Origin: Centroscyllium fabricii
Taxonomy: Eukaryota
Direction of reading: 5' to 3'
Length of the DNA stretch: 64,000 nt
NCBI GenBank assembly: GCA_051313645.2
Contig: JBNRSN020000016.1
Location: 100,068,001 to 100,132,000 of the forward strand
The notes under the pieces are model-generated. The model saw only the letters and a list, made by a program, of their open reading frames with translations, searched no databases and was not told the origin of the DNA. The translations under genes and the position numbers were made by a program. Shown here in pieces: positions 36,601 through 47,649 of this stretch (position 1 is the stretch's first letter; every line of letters begins with the position of its first letter).

Positions 36601-38464
36601 CAAACCGCCGACCACCCCCCAACCCCAGCCACCAACCGCGCCTGCGCACACTGCTGCGCATTCCCAACCACCAACACTGTCCAGACCGCGGTCGACTACG
36701 TCAAAATGGCGGCCGACCAACTCAGCGATCCCGACCTCCTCGACCCCACCAACAAACTTCCCGGCCTACTCTTGGCCACCGTAGCACACGGACCCACAGC
36801 CACGGCGGTCCGCTGCGACGTCACCCTGCCCCAACCCAGGCCCGTGGTGCCCCTCGCGTGGAGGCAGCACATCTTCCAGACCCTCCACGGCCTCTCCCAC
36901 CCCGGCGTCCGCGCATCCACCAAGCTCATCTCTGCGCGATTCGTTTGGCGCGGCCTAAAACAAGATGTCCGCGCCTGGACCACCTCGTGCAATGCCTGCC
37001 AGCGAGCCAAGGTGCACAAACACATCAAAGCACCGCTCCAACCAATCGCCATCCCAGCCAGACGCTTCAGCCACGTGCACATCGACCTGGTTGGACCACT
37101 ACCCCCATCACGTGGACACTTGTACCTCCTCACAATGGTCGACCGCACCACCCGCTGGCCTGAAGCGGTCCCCCTCAACACGACCACCACCGCCGAACTG
37201 GCCAGGGCCTTCATCGCCACCTGGGTCGCCCGCTTCGGCGTCCCCAACGACATTACTTCAGACAGGGGCCCCCAATTCACTTCAACTCTATGGTCAACCA
37301 TCGCTCACGACCTTGGGGTAACCCTGCACCGAACCACTGCCTACCACCCGCAAGCCAACGGCCTCTGCGAACGGTTCCACCGAACTTTTAAAACATCCCT
37401 GCGGGCCAGCCTCCAGGACGCAACCTGGACGGACCGCCTGCCCTGGGTAATGCTCGGCCTCCGCACAGCGGCCAAAGAAGATCTACACGCCTCGGCAGCC
37501 GAACTCGTTTACGGCCAACCACTAACCGTGCCAGGCGAGTTCGTCGCAGAAACAAACGAACCCTGGTCGGCCGAGCGCTGCCTCAGGGAATTCAACAACC
37601 AGGCAGCAGAATTCAAACCACTTCCGGTGGCCCGCCACGGTCAACCGGCGACACGCGTCCCCAACACCATTCAGGACGCCAAGTACGTGTTTGTCCGCCA
37701 TGACTCTCACAAAGCACCGCTGCAGGCACCGTACGACGGGCCATTCAGAGTGCTTCGGGCGGGACCTAAGACTTTTGACATTCAAATGGGCAACAGAACT
37801 GAGACCGTATCCATTGACCGGCTCAAACCAGCACACGTAATGGCGGGCGAGACAACAGTCCCCGCACAACCACCTAAACGCGGCCGCCCTACCGCACCAA
37901 AGCCCTCCCACACAGACCAACAAGCAACACATCACACGTGCCGGCCGTACCATCAGGCCACCTAAGCGCCTCGCCTGAGGCGACACGGGCAGAGCATAGA
38001 CGGCCCGCCACAACACCATCTTTCGAACCACGGAACAGCACACAACACCTGCCGGCCACAACACCAGGCCATTGCGGCAAACTGTCGGACATTCTGTGTG
38101 TAATCGAAATGTGTGTCTGCTCTCCTTTTTGTCTCCCTCTCCTCTAGGAAACTACACTTCCCCTCGCGGATTCTGGGGGGGAGCTGTGTGGCGACACGCC
38201 CACCGGCAGCCACGAACCCGCGCTGGGAAGGCTGCAAAGCGGCCCCGCCCGTCGGAGGACGCACGGACTTCCCCGACGTGATGACGTCACCAGGTGGCCA
38301 GCCGGCAGTGACGTCCCCAGCCGCGGGACCTTTAAATATCTGAGAGCCAGGTGGCTCTCTCTCTTTCTCCCTACCTGGCCCTAGCTGTAACAAGTAGTTA
38401 ATAAAAACTCTGCATTCAACCTCTCTGTGTCCAGCGTGGTCCTTCAGCCTTGCAGGCCTCAACA
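33665..38464 (+). mobile_element. Full-length intact Gypsy LTR retrotransposon, CsRn1 clade
   Basis: 278-bp LTRs (33665-33942, 38187-38464), identical by eye; 4-bp TSD GTTT; PBS TGGTGACCCCGA (33944-33955, tRNA-Trp type); PPT GGGGGGGAG before the 3' LTR; single ORF. Confidence 0.97.
34039..37965 (+). CDS. Gag-Pol polyprotein, 1308 aa (Gag CHCC, protease, RT, RNase H, integrase, GPF module)
   Basis: CYYHTRFEAKAQRCVPPC (CX2HX9CX3C), LCDTGA, YLDD, TDAS...DCLSR, HGLSH...CNAC, IDLVGP/SDRG/NGLCER, PYDGPF; no stops. Confidence 0.97.
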   Translation: MPAATDSARQGRRGQVYLPVPTIPQFWELRPAAWFRNTENTFRIHGVHADDRYSLLFAALAQSTIDRMWDTIEEDTSAGRYESLKAALLAKFTPTIFERDCQVINLPDLGDADPTDLWAQFEALNRDSDTLKRALYLLKLPPSIRPTLTVLEHLSNRQLAQEADKLIKAERTRATMHRHAAAQQEQHQPQPRPQLRAARTHKKPRTAATGWCYYHTRFEAKAQRCVPPCNFKPQTCPSPTMCVGRSGALLFVTDSVSGLRFLCDTGAQHSIVPVSPAESKQGTQGPPLEAANGSEILTFGTRQLTIKLAGHRYTWDFITAQVNTPLLGADFLCAHGLLVDVTRRRLVDIQIMSTIPCSTAPAHQTHAAAHCRARNSDTYATLLAEFPTLTNPTFTARSAKHGVEHHITTTGPPVHAHARRLDPAKLEIARAEFHIMEQLGIIRRSSSPWASPLHIAPKPDGGWRPCGDYRRLNNATTPDRYPVPHIQDFSVRLAGCTVFSKIDLVRGYHQVPVHPADVPKTAVITPFGLFEFLRMPFGLKNAAQAFQRLMDSVLRDLQFTFVYLDDILVASASPREHLIHLRTLFKRLADHGLILSPSKCRFGLEAIDFLGHHISHTGAIPLPSKVQAVQEFPRPHSIKGLQEFLGMVNFYNRFIPGAAALMAPLYQATHGQSNKTAVEWTAEAATAFTATKTALAKATLLSHPRPNARVALTTDASDHAVGAVFEQWSGDSWQPLAFFSRRLRPPEVKYSAFDRELLALYLAVRHFRFLLEGRHFTAFVDHKPLVSAMAKLSEPWSARQQRQLAAVSEFTTDIQHIAGRDNVVADCLSRPAIHKPNPDHPAGPAISSAGTTGTQTADHPPTPATNRACAHCCAFPTTNTVQTAVDYVKMAADQLSDPDLLDPTNKLPGLLLATVAHGPTATAVRCDVTLPQPRPVVPLAWRQHIFQTLHGLSHPGVRASTKLISARFVWRGLKQDVRAWTTSCNACQRAKVHKHIKAPLQPIAIPARRFSHVHIDLVGPLPPSRGHLYLLTMVDRTTRWPEAVPLNTTTTAELARAFIATWVARFGVPNDITSDRGPQFTSTLWSTIAHDLGVTLHRTTAYHPQANGLCERFHRTFKTSLRASLQDATWTDRLPWVMLGLRTAAKEDLHASAAELVYGQPLTVPGEFVAETNEPWSAERCLREFNNQAAEFKPLPVARHGQPATRVPNTIQDAKYVFVRHDSHKAPLQAPYDGPFRVLRAGPKTFDIQMGNRTETVSIDRLKPAHVMAGETTVPAQPPKRGRPTAPKPSHTDQQATHHTCRPYHQAT

Positions 38465-39850
38465 GTTTGATGAAGTCGGGTGGGAGGACACTCGTGTGGA
38501 ACATTAGACAGTTGAGCCGAATGGCCTGTAAATTCTGGGTATAAATTGTCTTTAACATAGTGAAATATCCCAAGGTGCTTTACAAGAAGCTGTAGACGGA
38601 GCAGGTGTTAAAGATGGAAAAAGTTAAAAAGGGCCACCACAAACTAGTAAAATTCAATCTAGATACAATTTATTGCAAACATGAACCAGTTCTATATGGT
38701 GCATTCAGTCACTGATAGTGGGGGAAGGGATCATTTTAGATTATGGGCAGAAAATGATTGTTTTTTGGGGGATTCCATTTTCCTTGTTTCCTTTCCCTTT
38801 TTGAAAATTGCAAAGCCTCCACCACCTGTGGCTGAGAGCAGTAGCTCAGAGACTGCATTTTATGAACCACTGATTCTACTCCAAAGTCATGTCTATACAC
38901 TTTCCATCTCCATAGATTGTATTTAGCTCGGGTGTGAATGTAATTTCCCCAGAGCCAAGTCATCGGAGGGAGGTGGTAAATTACCCATTCAAGCATGGAC
39001 TGATGAAATGAGTTTTTCATTAGGTGCTTAAGCTAGTTTGATTTAAATTTCCTGCTTCACAGCATCATACAGTTCTGAAAAGACTCAGTTGGGAGTATTT
39101 ACTGCAAAATCATATTGGAGGGAATAACTTGGTGTGAAATTTTAGTACAGGTACAGTCAGGTAACAGTAGGTGCACGGTCTTTAAATGATGGGTCTTTTT
39201 TGATAGAAGGTGCCCTTACCAACCGTGAAACTGTTCCAGGTAAAATAGTCAAGTATTAATGCCAGCTGCCATCAAGACTTGAACCAAGAACTTAGTAGTG
39301 CAAGTGTTAGTGCTATTCACAGTACCCATGCGACAGTGATGGGTGTTAGTAAAATACAACATTACCCAGCAGCACGCCACAGCTGCTGGTATGCAGAACT
39401 GCAGGGTGAAATTCAGAGCAGCGTGGCAACCAGGAAACACCTGCACACCTACATTTACTTTCAAGATGCTATTACAGCTCAGTTTCTGGCTACAGACATT
39501 CCCCAATATTGGAGAGGATCTGTAAAGCCAGCAATGTAAAATCTACATTTAGCTCACCAGTAACTTGAAAACATGGCTGCTGCAGCTGTTTATGTTCAGA
39601 AGTGCAAGCATTGCTGCCTCCAGAGGAGCCTTCGAAAACCACCTTGTAAAATAGTTCCTGGTTCCTCTGACAGCAGTAGTATTGCTTTGTTAATATAGGG
39701 CTGCCACAGAAGTCTTGCTGCTATTGGTAACAGCACAGTAATACGAATGGAATATAAAATGGTTTCCCTCACTCATCATTTTGGACATTACAGAGTAACT
39801 GTTTTATCTTGGCTGTATCCTGCAAGTTTTTTTGCATTTCTTTTGGACAG

Positions 39851-39900
39851 AACGTAGTGAAGCAAAGTTTTACAAATTAAACAGCTGTTGTATTATATGA
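39851..39900 (+). CDS. Candidate NFATC3 alternative terminal exon (phase 1) ending in a CaaX box: ERSEAKFYKLNSCCII*
   Basis: Acceptor TTTTTTTGCATTTCTTTTGGACAG at 39850; phase-1 translation. Confidence 0.3.
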
Positions 39901-39971
39901 AATACAAGTAGTAACATGACCAAAAATATTGCAACAGTACTTCAAATCTTTTTCATGACTGGTATATTTTT

Positions 39972-40470
39972 TTATTCATTTATGGGATGTGGGCATTGCT
40001 GGCTAAGCCAACATTTATTGCACTTGAGAAGGTGGTGGTGAGCCGTCTTTTTGAACCGCTGCAGTCAGTGAGGTGAAGGCACTCCCACAGTGCTGTTAGT
40101 TTGGGAGCTCCAGGATTTTGACCCAGCGACAATGGGGGAACAGCAATATATTTCCAAGTCAGGATGGTGTGTGACTTGGAGGGGTAGTTGCAGGTGGCGG
40201 TGTTCTCATGTGCCTGCTGCCCTTGTCCTTCTCAGTGCTAGAGGTCGCGAGTTTGGGAGGTGCTGTTAAAGAAGTCTTGGCGAGTTACTGCAGTGCATCT
40301 TGTAGATAGTGCACACCACAGCCACGATATGCCGGTGGTGGAGCGAGTGAATGTTTAAGGTGGTGGATGGGGTGCCAATCAAGTGGGTTGCTTTGTCCTG
40401 GATGGTGTCGAGCTTCTTGTGTTGCTGGAGCTACGCTCATCCAGGCAAGTGGAAAGTATTCCATCACTCC
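39972..40470 (-). mobile_element. Non-LTR retrotransposon 3' fragment
   Basis: Homologous to 23482-24620. Confidence 0.7.
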
Positions 40471-40584
40471 TGGCATGAGGGGTTCAGGGTGTTTTTATTT
40501 CACAGTGAAACTTTTGAGCTAAATTACTGCTCTCCTCTTCAACTCCTGGAGCACGTGCAATTGTCTTAAAGGTATAAGCAACAG

Positions 40585-41430
40585 TACCAACTTTCTACAT
40601 TTACATAGAAGTTTTAACACAATATCCCAAAGTGCTTCACAGCTGGAGGCCAGACCTGAGCAGCAACAGAGTGGAATTTTAGGGTGATGGCCAAAAGTAG
40701 GTAAGTTTTTACTGAGGCTTTAGAAGGATGGGGAAGAGATGTAACAAGGTGGGAGTTCAAGGATATTGTGTGGTGGCATGATGGTGGAAGGCTCCGTCAA
40801 TGATGATAGTGCAGGAAGAGGAGAATGCACAATATACCAGAGTTGAAAGAAGAAATGTTGCAAGCAGAAACAGGGTGGGAAGAGGTTCCACATGTATGGC
40901 AGAGCATTGATTGCAGTGAGGAGTTTGAAGTCCGTGCAGTGAGGGACAGGGAGGCAGGAGAGGCTTTCAGGTATGGGATCGGTAGTGGGACTGTGTGGAG
41001 TACGATGTGGATGATTGAGTTTGCATAAGTTGGAGCTTATGTAGAGTTGAGCTCAGAGGGCTGACCCAGAAAGCACTGAAAAAGTCAAATCTAGAGATGA
41101 GAAAAGTGAATGATGGTTTCGGTGGCAATAGGTGTGAGATCAGGATGTTGAGGGGCCGTGGTGGAAGTAGTGTGTTTTCTTGATAGACTGGATGTGGGAT
41201 TTGAAGCTCAGCTCTGGGTTGAACAAGGAACCAAGATTGTACACCATTGGGTCGAGCTCGAACAGACATCTAAAAATAGGTATGGGAACCTGGATTAAGC
41301 TGAACAAATAGTTTGAGTCTTGCCAGTATTGCTGATCCACAACCTGATGTAAGACAAAATAATGACATTTGTGGAGTTGAGCATGAGAGAAGAGGTAAAC
41401 CCGAGCATTGTCCACATACTTGACAGCTGA
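40585..41430 (-). mobile_element. Degraded L2-type LINE fragment
   Basis: YVDNARVYLFS and NLGSLFNPELSFKSHI in the minus-strand ORF; L2-like tail at the left end. Confidence 0.6.
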
Positions 41431-42681
41431 CCCCATACGTCCGGAAAATATTGTCTGGAAGCAACATGCAGATGAAGAATAGAAGGGGGGAACCAAGGGT
41501 GGTAATTTATAACAACGCTATGGTAGGTTGGTATCCTGATTATCTTTGGAATTTCTTTAGAACTCCAAATCATATTAGTTGGTAACTTCTTCTGAAAAGT
41601 AACTAAGTTGTGGAGAAAGCCTAATGTGGACAAGGAGCTTTTTCTTGTTCCTTAAAATTAAATATGATTGTAGCACTGTTCTCTGAATATTGTAAAAGTC
41701 ACAATTCCATATCGCATTTCATTATCAATTTTACGTTTGTTTAAAATGTGGCTGCAAACCAAAATATAGCTGCTTAAAGCTTCCTACATTCTTTAATTAA
41801 ACAAAGTAGAAAACCATATAATTTTCTTTTCTCTTCTGTTATCAATTTACATTAGTGGCATCAAACACAGGATCATGAATATTGTTAAGTTGATAACAAA
41901 AAGGACCCATGAGAATAGAAACACAAATGTGGCTTTTTTCCTCTGTGGGCTCAACATTTAATTTTAAAAGGGTGGAGTTAATGGCACAAAACACAAGATT
42001 GTTAGTATATTTCCGTCAGTAACAGTGCACTATGATTGAGCAAATTAAATTGAGATAAATATATTGTAATTAGAATTTTCACCTTCAGGGAGTAGTGCTA
42101 TATTTTTGCTCAGATACCAAAAAGACAATTGTAGCTAACGAGCTACTCAGTTATTGATTCAGTGCCATATATTTCTGGCTGTCATCAACTATTTGGAAGC
42201 ATTGACAATAATGCATCCTTTGACTATGCATTTGCAGAAGCAGGTGTTTCATGCACAGTGTATAAAGGATAAAAGATGTTGTTGATTAAACAAATTTGAG
42301 TCAGCAAACTAGCATATAAAAAAGAATCCTGAGTTGCAGGTGGTTTATTGGGGTTGTTCATTATCTTAAACCACATGAGCTCTTCTAAAACAGCATCTCC
42401 TTTTAAAATGTAATATCCAGTAATTCATAATTTTGACTTTCTCACCAGTTACTATGGTAGATTTTTTTTAAATTCCATATTTTGTTTTACATGAAAAATT
42501 ACTTCGCTTGCAGCTAAATCTTTAAAAGCATATCCACTGACTGTACATTAGAACCAGAATAAATCTTCAAAACCTTCAGAAGGGTAACTTGTCCTTCCAA
42601 GATGCCCATCAGTTTTGAAAGGATTAGAAATGTCTTTGTTCTCCTATTTCGCACACCTGTATGTGTGCACACTTGTGTAAT

Positions 42682-43750
42682 TGGGCTATGTTTTCCTGTG
42701 GCCCGTTTGCCGCTGGTGCGCGCTCCCGAGCACCCGCAGCGCACGCGCACGTACTTTTTTTTTTCTGACGGCAATTTCCTGTGGGGAATGCCGGGTTTTT
42801 TTTCCAGCGGAGGGGACGTCTTTTTTTTGGTGCGGGGTGCAAGCCACGCCCACTGAGGTCGGCTTTCCCCCCGCACAAAGCACAGAATCGGCCTGCGGGA
42901 TGAAGAAGATCGGGTAGGGAAGCACCTTTTTTTGGGGTTTTTTCAGTTTCTAGGAAGCTGGTTTTTTTAAGTTTCTGCCTTTTCTGATGTTAGGGTTTTT
43001 TTGCTCCAGTGAAAAAAACACGTTTAAAGTTAAAAAAAAAATTGATTCCTTTGGAGATATTTGTCTGTGGTCTTTCAGCTTGTGAATGGGTAGGGCTTTA
43101 TATTTTTTGGTGAAAGTGGAAAAAAAACGGGGATTTGAACGCGATGTCAGCAGCTGTGATTCCCATCCCCGGTCCTGGTGCTTTCTGGATACCTGCGGGT
43201 ACAGGCCCACATATTCCTTGACACATGCGGTTTGCAAGCACCCCTGGGATCACTTGGGCTGGTCCAACGAATGAAAGAAGGGAATCCACATTCATGTTTA
43301 TGGGAATTCCATATGTACGGAATCCCCATAAGCATGAATGGGAATACCCCAAAAAATACATATACACATCTAATAAAAAAATTTAAAATTACATTTAAAA
43401 TTAATTAAAATGCCATTTAATTTTTTTAATGTAATTAATTTTTTGAAAAATACATTTAAATGTTTTAAAGGGGCTAAAAAATAACCGTACCTTATTGTAC
43501 AGATTGTTTAATGTTTAAATGATTAAAAAAATAATTTTTATATTAAACTCTTAGGCTGGTAAAAGCAGGCCTTACACCTGCTTTTATCAGGCATAAGAAT
43601 TTCACGGGCATTCGCTGGGCAGGAGTTGGGCTCTTCACCCGTGGATGCCTTTTTCCCGGGGATGCATTGGATCTGTCAAGAATTGCAAGTTCCGGGTTTT
43701 TGTACATGCACGGTGTGTATGTACCCGTCGTGGCCGCAAAATATGGGCCA
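42682..43750. mobile_element. Non-autonomous TIR element related to 9486-10179
   Basis: Imperfect inverted ends, GC-rich arms, AT-rich core with GGGGCTAAAAA...TACCTT. Confidence 0.55.
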
Positions 43751-43918
43751 ATGTGTGTAATCGCTGATGAAGGTAATTATTTACAAATGTGAAAGTGTGG
43801 AACGCCAATTACAGGGGTATATCACATTAGAAGCATTGAACTGTCAACTAGTTTAACTTAAAATTTTACAGAAATAAGATATAAGGGGTAAAGTATGTAT
43901 CAGTACACGTAGTCAATT

Positions 43919-44293
43919 GGGCGGCACGGTGGCATAGTGTCTCACAGCACTACCCGGGTTCAAATCCAGCCTCGGGTACTATCTGTGTGGAGTTTGCACA
44001 TTCTCCCCGTGTCTGCGTGGGTTTCCTCCGGTTTCCTCCCACAGTCCAAAGATGTGCGGGTTAGGTTGATTGGCCATGATAAATTGACCCTTCGTGTTAG
44101 GGGGATTAAATATGTGGGGTTACAGGGAAAGGGTGGGATATGTGTCGGTGCAGGCTCGATAGGGATCGAGGGATATGGGGAGAGGGCAGGGACGGGGTGC
44201 TGGGTTTGGATGATCAGCCATGATCTCATTGAATGGCGGAGCAGGCTCGAAGGGCCGAATGGCCTACTCCTGCTCCTACCTTCTATGTTTCTA
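43919..44293 (+). mobile_element. HE1/V-SINE-type SINE
   Basis: tRNA-like head with A/B boxes, core, and CR1-derived tail GGAGCAGGCTCGAAGGGCCGAATGGCCTACTCCTGCTCC...TTCTATGTTTCTA. Confidence 0.9.
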
Positions 44294-47022
44294 GTCAGGA
44301 TGATGCTAGCAAAAGAGTCACACATTTAAGGTGAGTTGTGCCACTCCGGTATCTGCAGTCTTACCTAGTGATGGTTCTAATAACCAACTTATGACTCAAG
44401 AACATTATTGATGAATGACCAGCCAATCTGGCTCTTGATTGTGATTTGGAGATGCAGAACTGTCACAGGAGTCTGTGATTCCCCCAGTTGACTGCAAATA
44501 ACCATACAATCCAATGCTGTATCTGGTAAGGTGGTCCCAGCTGCCCATGCAATGGAAAGCTTGCTGATACTTGGGTACAGGTCATTTGTATGGTTTTAGC
44601 TGGTTAAACTCCAACAGTACTCCTGCACACACTCAGGGTTCTTTGAGTCAACCTGCACCAAGTTTTGTAAACTTGGGTAAGTGGGGCTGTCCCTCTGGGA
44701 AGGAAGCATGCAATAATATTGGGCAAACAAAACTTTACTTGTGTAAAATTTTCTGTACCTCAGTTTGGAGACTTCAAATGATGGTTTCTGTGAGTGCCAT
44801 GTACGTTACATGTGCTATACTTTATAGCATTTGCAATCTGTACTAATGGCAGTGCCAACAAGTCTTCCTTAAACATCTTCTAGAATGGGAATTTTAGAAG
44901 ATTGAATATACAACTTCTCCAGTCATGTGGGCATTACCAAAGTGGCAGTAAAAAAAACCCTGTGTACCCGTGATCAAATTTAATTTCAAATTAGCTTGGG
45001 GTACGGCATGTGGAAACACTTGGTTCAATATATACCTACTTACCAGTCTTCTTCGTAGAAACCAGCCCAATAGACCCTCTCTTCTAGACCCTTGCTATAT
45101 GTTGTGCTGCTGTTTGTGAATAGAAACTTGTCCTTTAATTAACTTCAGGAGGCTTCACTGAATTTTAACCAAAGTTCATTAATATTGTCCACACACAAGA
45201 CACTAGATCCTTTTGAAAATGAACATGGTTTGATCCATCTAGCTGTCAATTAATGTCTTTTTTAAATGTTCCCGTTCAAAATCTGTTTTCAGGTTATTGA
45301 GACATGTCACTTTTATTTATCATGTTATTCAAAGAAACCTTAGTAAAATCATTTTTGTCATTTTGCCCCAACTCACCCATGTAGAAATACAAAGATGATG
45401 ACATTGAGGAACATTTAAATATGTGCAACTTGTTTATAACCCTTACCCAGCTGTAATGAACCAGCTTGTCTCCTCTGATGGTAACAGCTCAAATGTGCTG
45501 CTATCATCTCTTTGCAGCTCTCTTAACCATCCAACTTTGTTGACTACCTCCCTTTCTGAATGAAAGGCACACCTTGAGGGACCCTGGGTGTAAGGGGTCT
45601 GAGATTTCCCCCCCCCCCCCCCCCCCCCCAACACAATACTCCTGACACACCAGCAGATTGGAACGATGATTTGTGTGGCTGCTGACCTACCACAAGGACA
45701 TCGTTCAGAACAAGACCGGGTGTGGACTGACAACATAACTATGGTTTACACTATCAACAAACAGGAAGGAATATTCCCTTGCCCCTATATCAATGCCATA
45801 TTGCAAACACTCTGGATCTGTCAGCCCAGCACCTGACTGACTTGTAGAACAAAACTAAAGACATCTTCAACTGCATAAGGGCATCTCCATGAGAAGACAA
45901 TCCATTCAGTTATTACCAGGGCCCCTTCAGACAGTACCAAGCAGAGCTAAACACAAGGAATAACGCGGAAGGAGTACAGAGTAAAGTGTTTCCCATAGAA
46001 TGAATCATCTGCGTGGCCTCCACATTTTGTTGGTGTTATTATATGCAGTCTACTCTGTTTTAATTCAAATTATTGGAAAATTCAATTTTTTAGTAGAAAC
46101 AACTGCAAATTATTAGGAATAAACTAAAATTATGGCACAAAGAACACAAGCACAAAAAAGGAATGAACAGCGCTTCCATGGAGTTACACTGCTGAGGATT
46201 TGAAGTGTAAATGGGGTGGCTCTTCCTAATTCAGCCTCACAGCCACACTAAGCCCTAGGATGTGGTATAAACATGCCATGTTCACACAGACCAGACCCAA
46301 TATTAGTCATGGTCTTGTGAATTGTATTTAGACAGGATATACTGGATGGAGTCACAATACCTCTATCCACAAATTGAAATCCAAGTTTGTTTTTGTCATC
46401 TGGGTATTTAAAATATTTTAAAAAACCAAATGAAGGTGCTTTCTGTATGTTTACAACGCTTAGAATTTGATTAATATTTAAATACTACCGCTAATGAAAT
46501 GCATTCAGAACATGTAGAAAGATCTAAAAGGATTTGCTGCTCATGCGTCACTGTCTATTTAAGTTTGTCATTTCTGGTAACAGTCCCCTTATTATCTACT
46601 ATATCTATGAAATACTAAATTGATAGAGGAAGCAGTAAGTTACTGACCTCTGCTCTCTTGGACTAGAAAGGGAAAAAGCAGAATTCTTACTTGATCGCAA
46701 ATCAGTGACCTGTTGGAAAGTGGCGCTGTGTGGATATTGATTAAGAACGGAAATTGGCTTATCTGTGATGTGCCATGTGATTGAATAGTCTGGTAACAGT
46801 CGCTGTCGGTATCTGTGAATAATGGCCATTTGGGAGCGGTACCTGGTACCTGTGCAAGACTTCCCCAACAGGGAATAATATTTTTGGGGGTGGGGTTATG
46901 ACATGAGGTGGGGGGGAGGAAAGGGGAGAAAATCAGTAAAGATTTAAAATACAGATGAGGTTAAATTGCAGGTAATTCTGATTTCAGGAACTTTTTAAAT
47001 CATTGCCTCTTACATTTTTAAT

Positions 47023-47150
47023 CTCTTTCACCTGACGAAGGGGCAGAAGCTCCGAAAGCTTGTGATTTAAAATAAAACTGTTGGACTATAATCTGGTGTT
47101 GTGTGACTTCTTGCATTTGTCCACCCCAGTCCAACACCGGCACCTCCATA
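47023..47150 (+). mobile_element. 128-bp Penelope-like non-autonomous element with 13-bp TSD
   Basis: TTACATTTTTAAT at 47010-47022 and 47151-47163; carries the hammerhead motif. Confidence 0.8.
47028..47065 (+). ncRNA. Minimal type I hammerhead ribozyme-like motif
   Basis: UCAC-CUGACGA-A-GGGGC AGAA GCUCC-GAAA-GCUU-GUGA; helix I UCAC/GUGA; palindromic AGCU. Confidence 0.65.
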
Positions 47151-47278
47151 TTACATTTTTAATGACATTATGATAGGTCATCCATGCACCAATTCTAAAC
47201 ATTGAAAGATGGAGTTAATGTAAGATCTTGGCAGAATATGAAATGAACCATTATGTTTTTCCTTTTTCCTTTGTGAAG

Positions 47279-47421
47279 GCTCCTCACTCCGGTTGAGATC
47301 ACCTCTGCTTTCTGCCAGTGTCGCTAAGAAATATATGCAAGTTTTTCAGGGTTTGCTGTCCTTTTTCTTTCCCTCAATGGGATTGCTCACCATAATGATA
47401 CTTCGTCTCTGGTGCAGCTGA
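47279..47421 (+). CDS. Candidate NFATC3 alternative terminal exon (phase 1) with hydrophobic tail: GSSLRLRSPLLSASVAKKYMQVFQGLLSFFFPSMGLLTIMILRLWCS*
   Basis: Pyrimidine tract TTTTTCCTTTTTCCTTTGTGAAG; 47 codons open in phase 1. Confidence 0.35.
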
Positions 47422-47649
47422 AATCAGGGGCTTAATATTTGGAAAGTCTTGTGTTCTAGTATGCGGATGCTCTAATCTACTGAATGGCCATGTAATTTAC
47501 TAATTATGACATGGCGTTGTTGACATATATGACTGGTTCACATGGCAACAATACGTGGTCTAATATTTTATAACATGAGCCCAGCAAGTATAAAAAATCA
47601 TTATTTTTCACATTTTTTGTTTTTGTGGGTTTTTTTCTCTCCCACATGG

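Noticed and set aside
39249-39539. 86-aa ORF and nearby ORFs as host exons
   Set aside because: No good in-phase acceptor and no recognisable homology.
43919-43990. tRNA genes at the SINE heads (also ~13700, ~55770, ~59720, ~62940)
   Set aside because: A/B boxes run into SINE core and LINE-derived tails; no complete cloverleaf.
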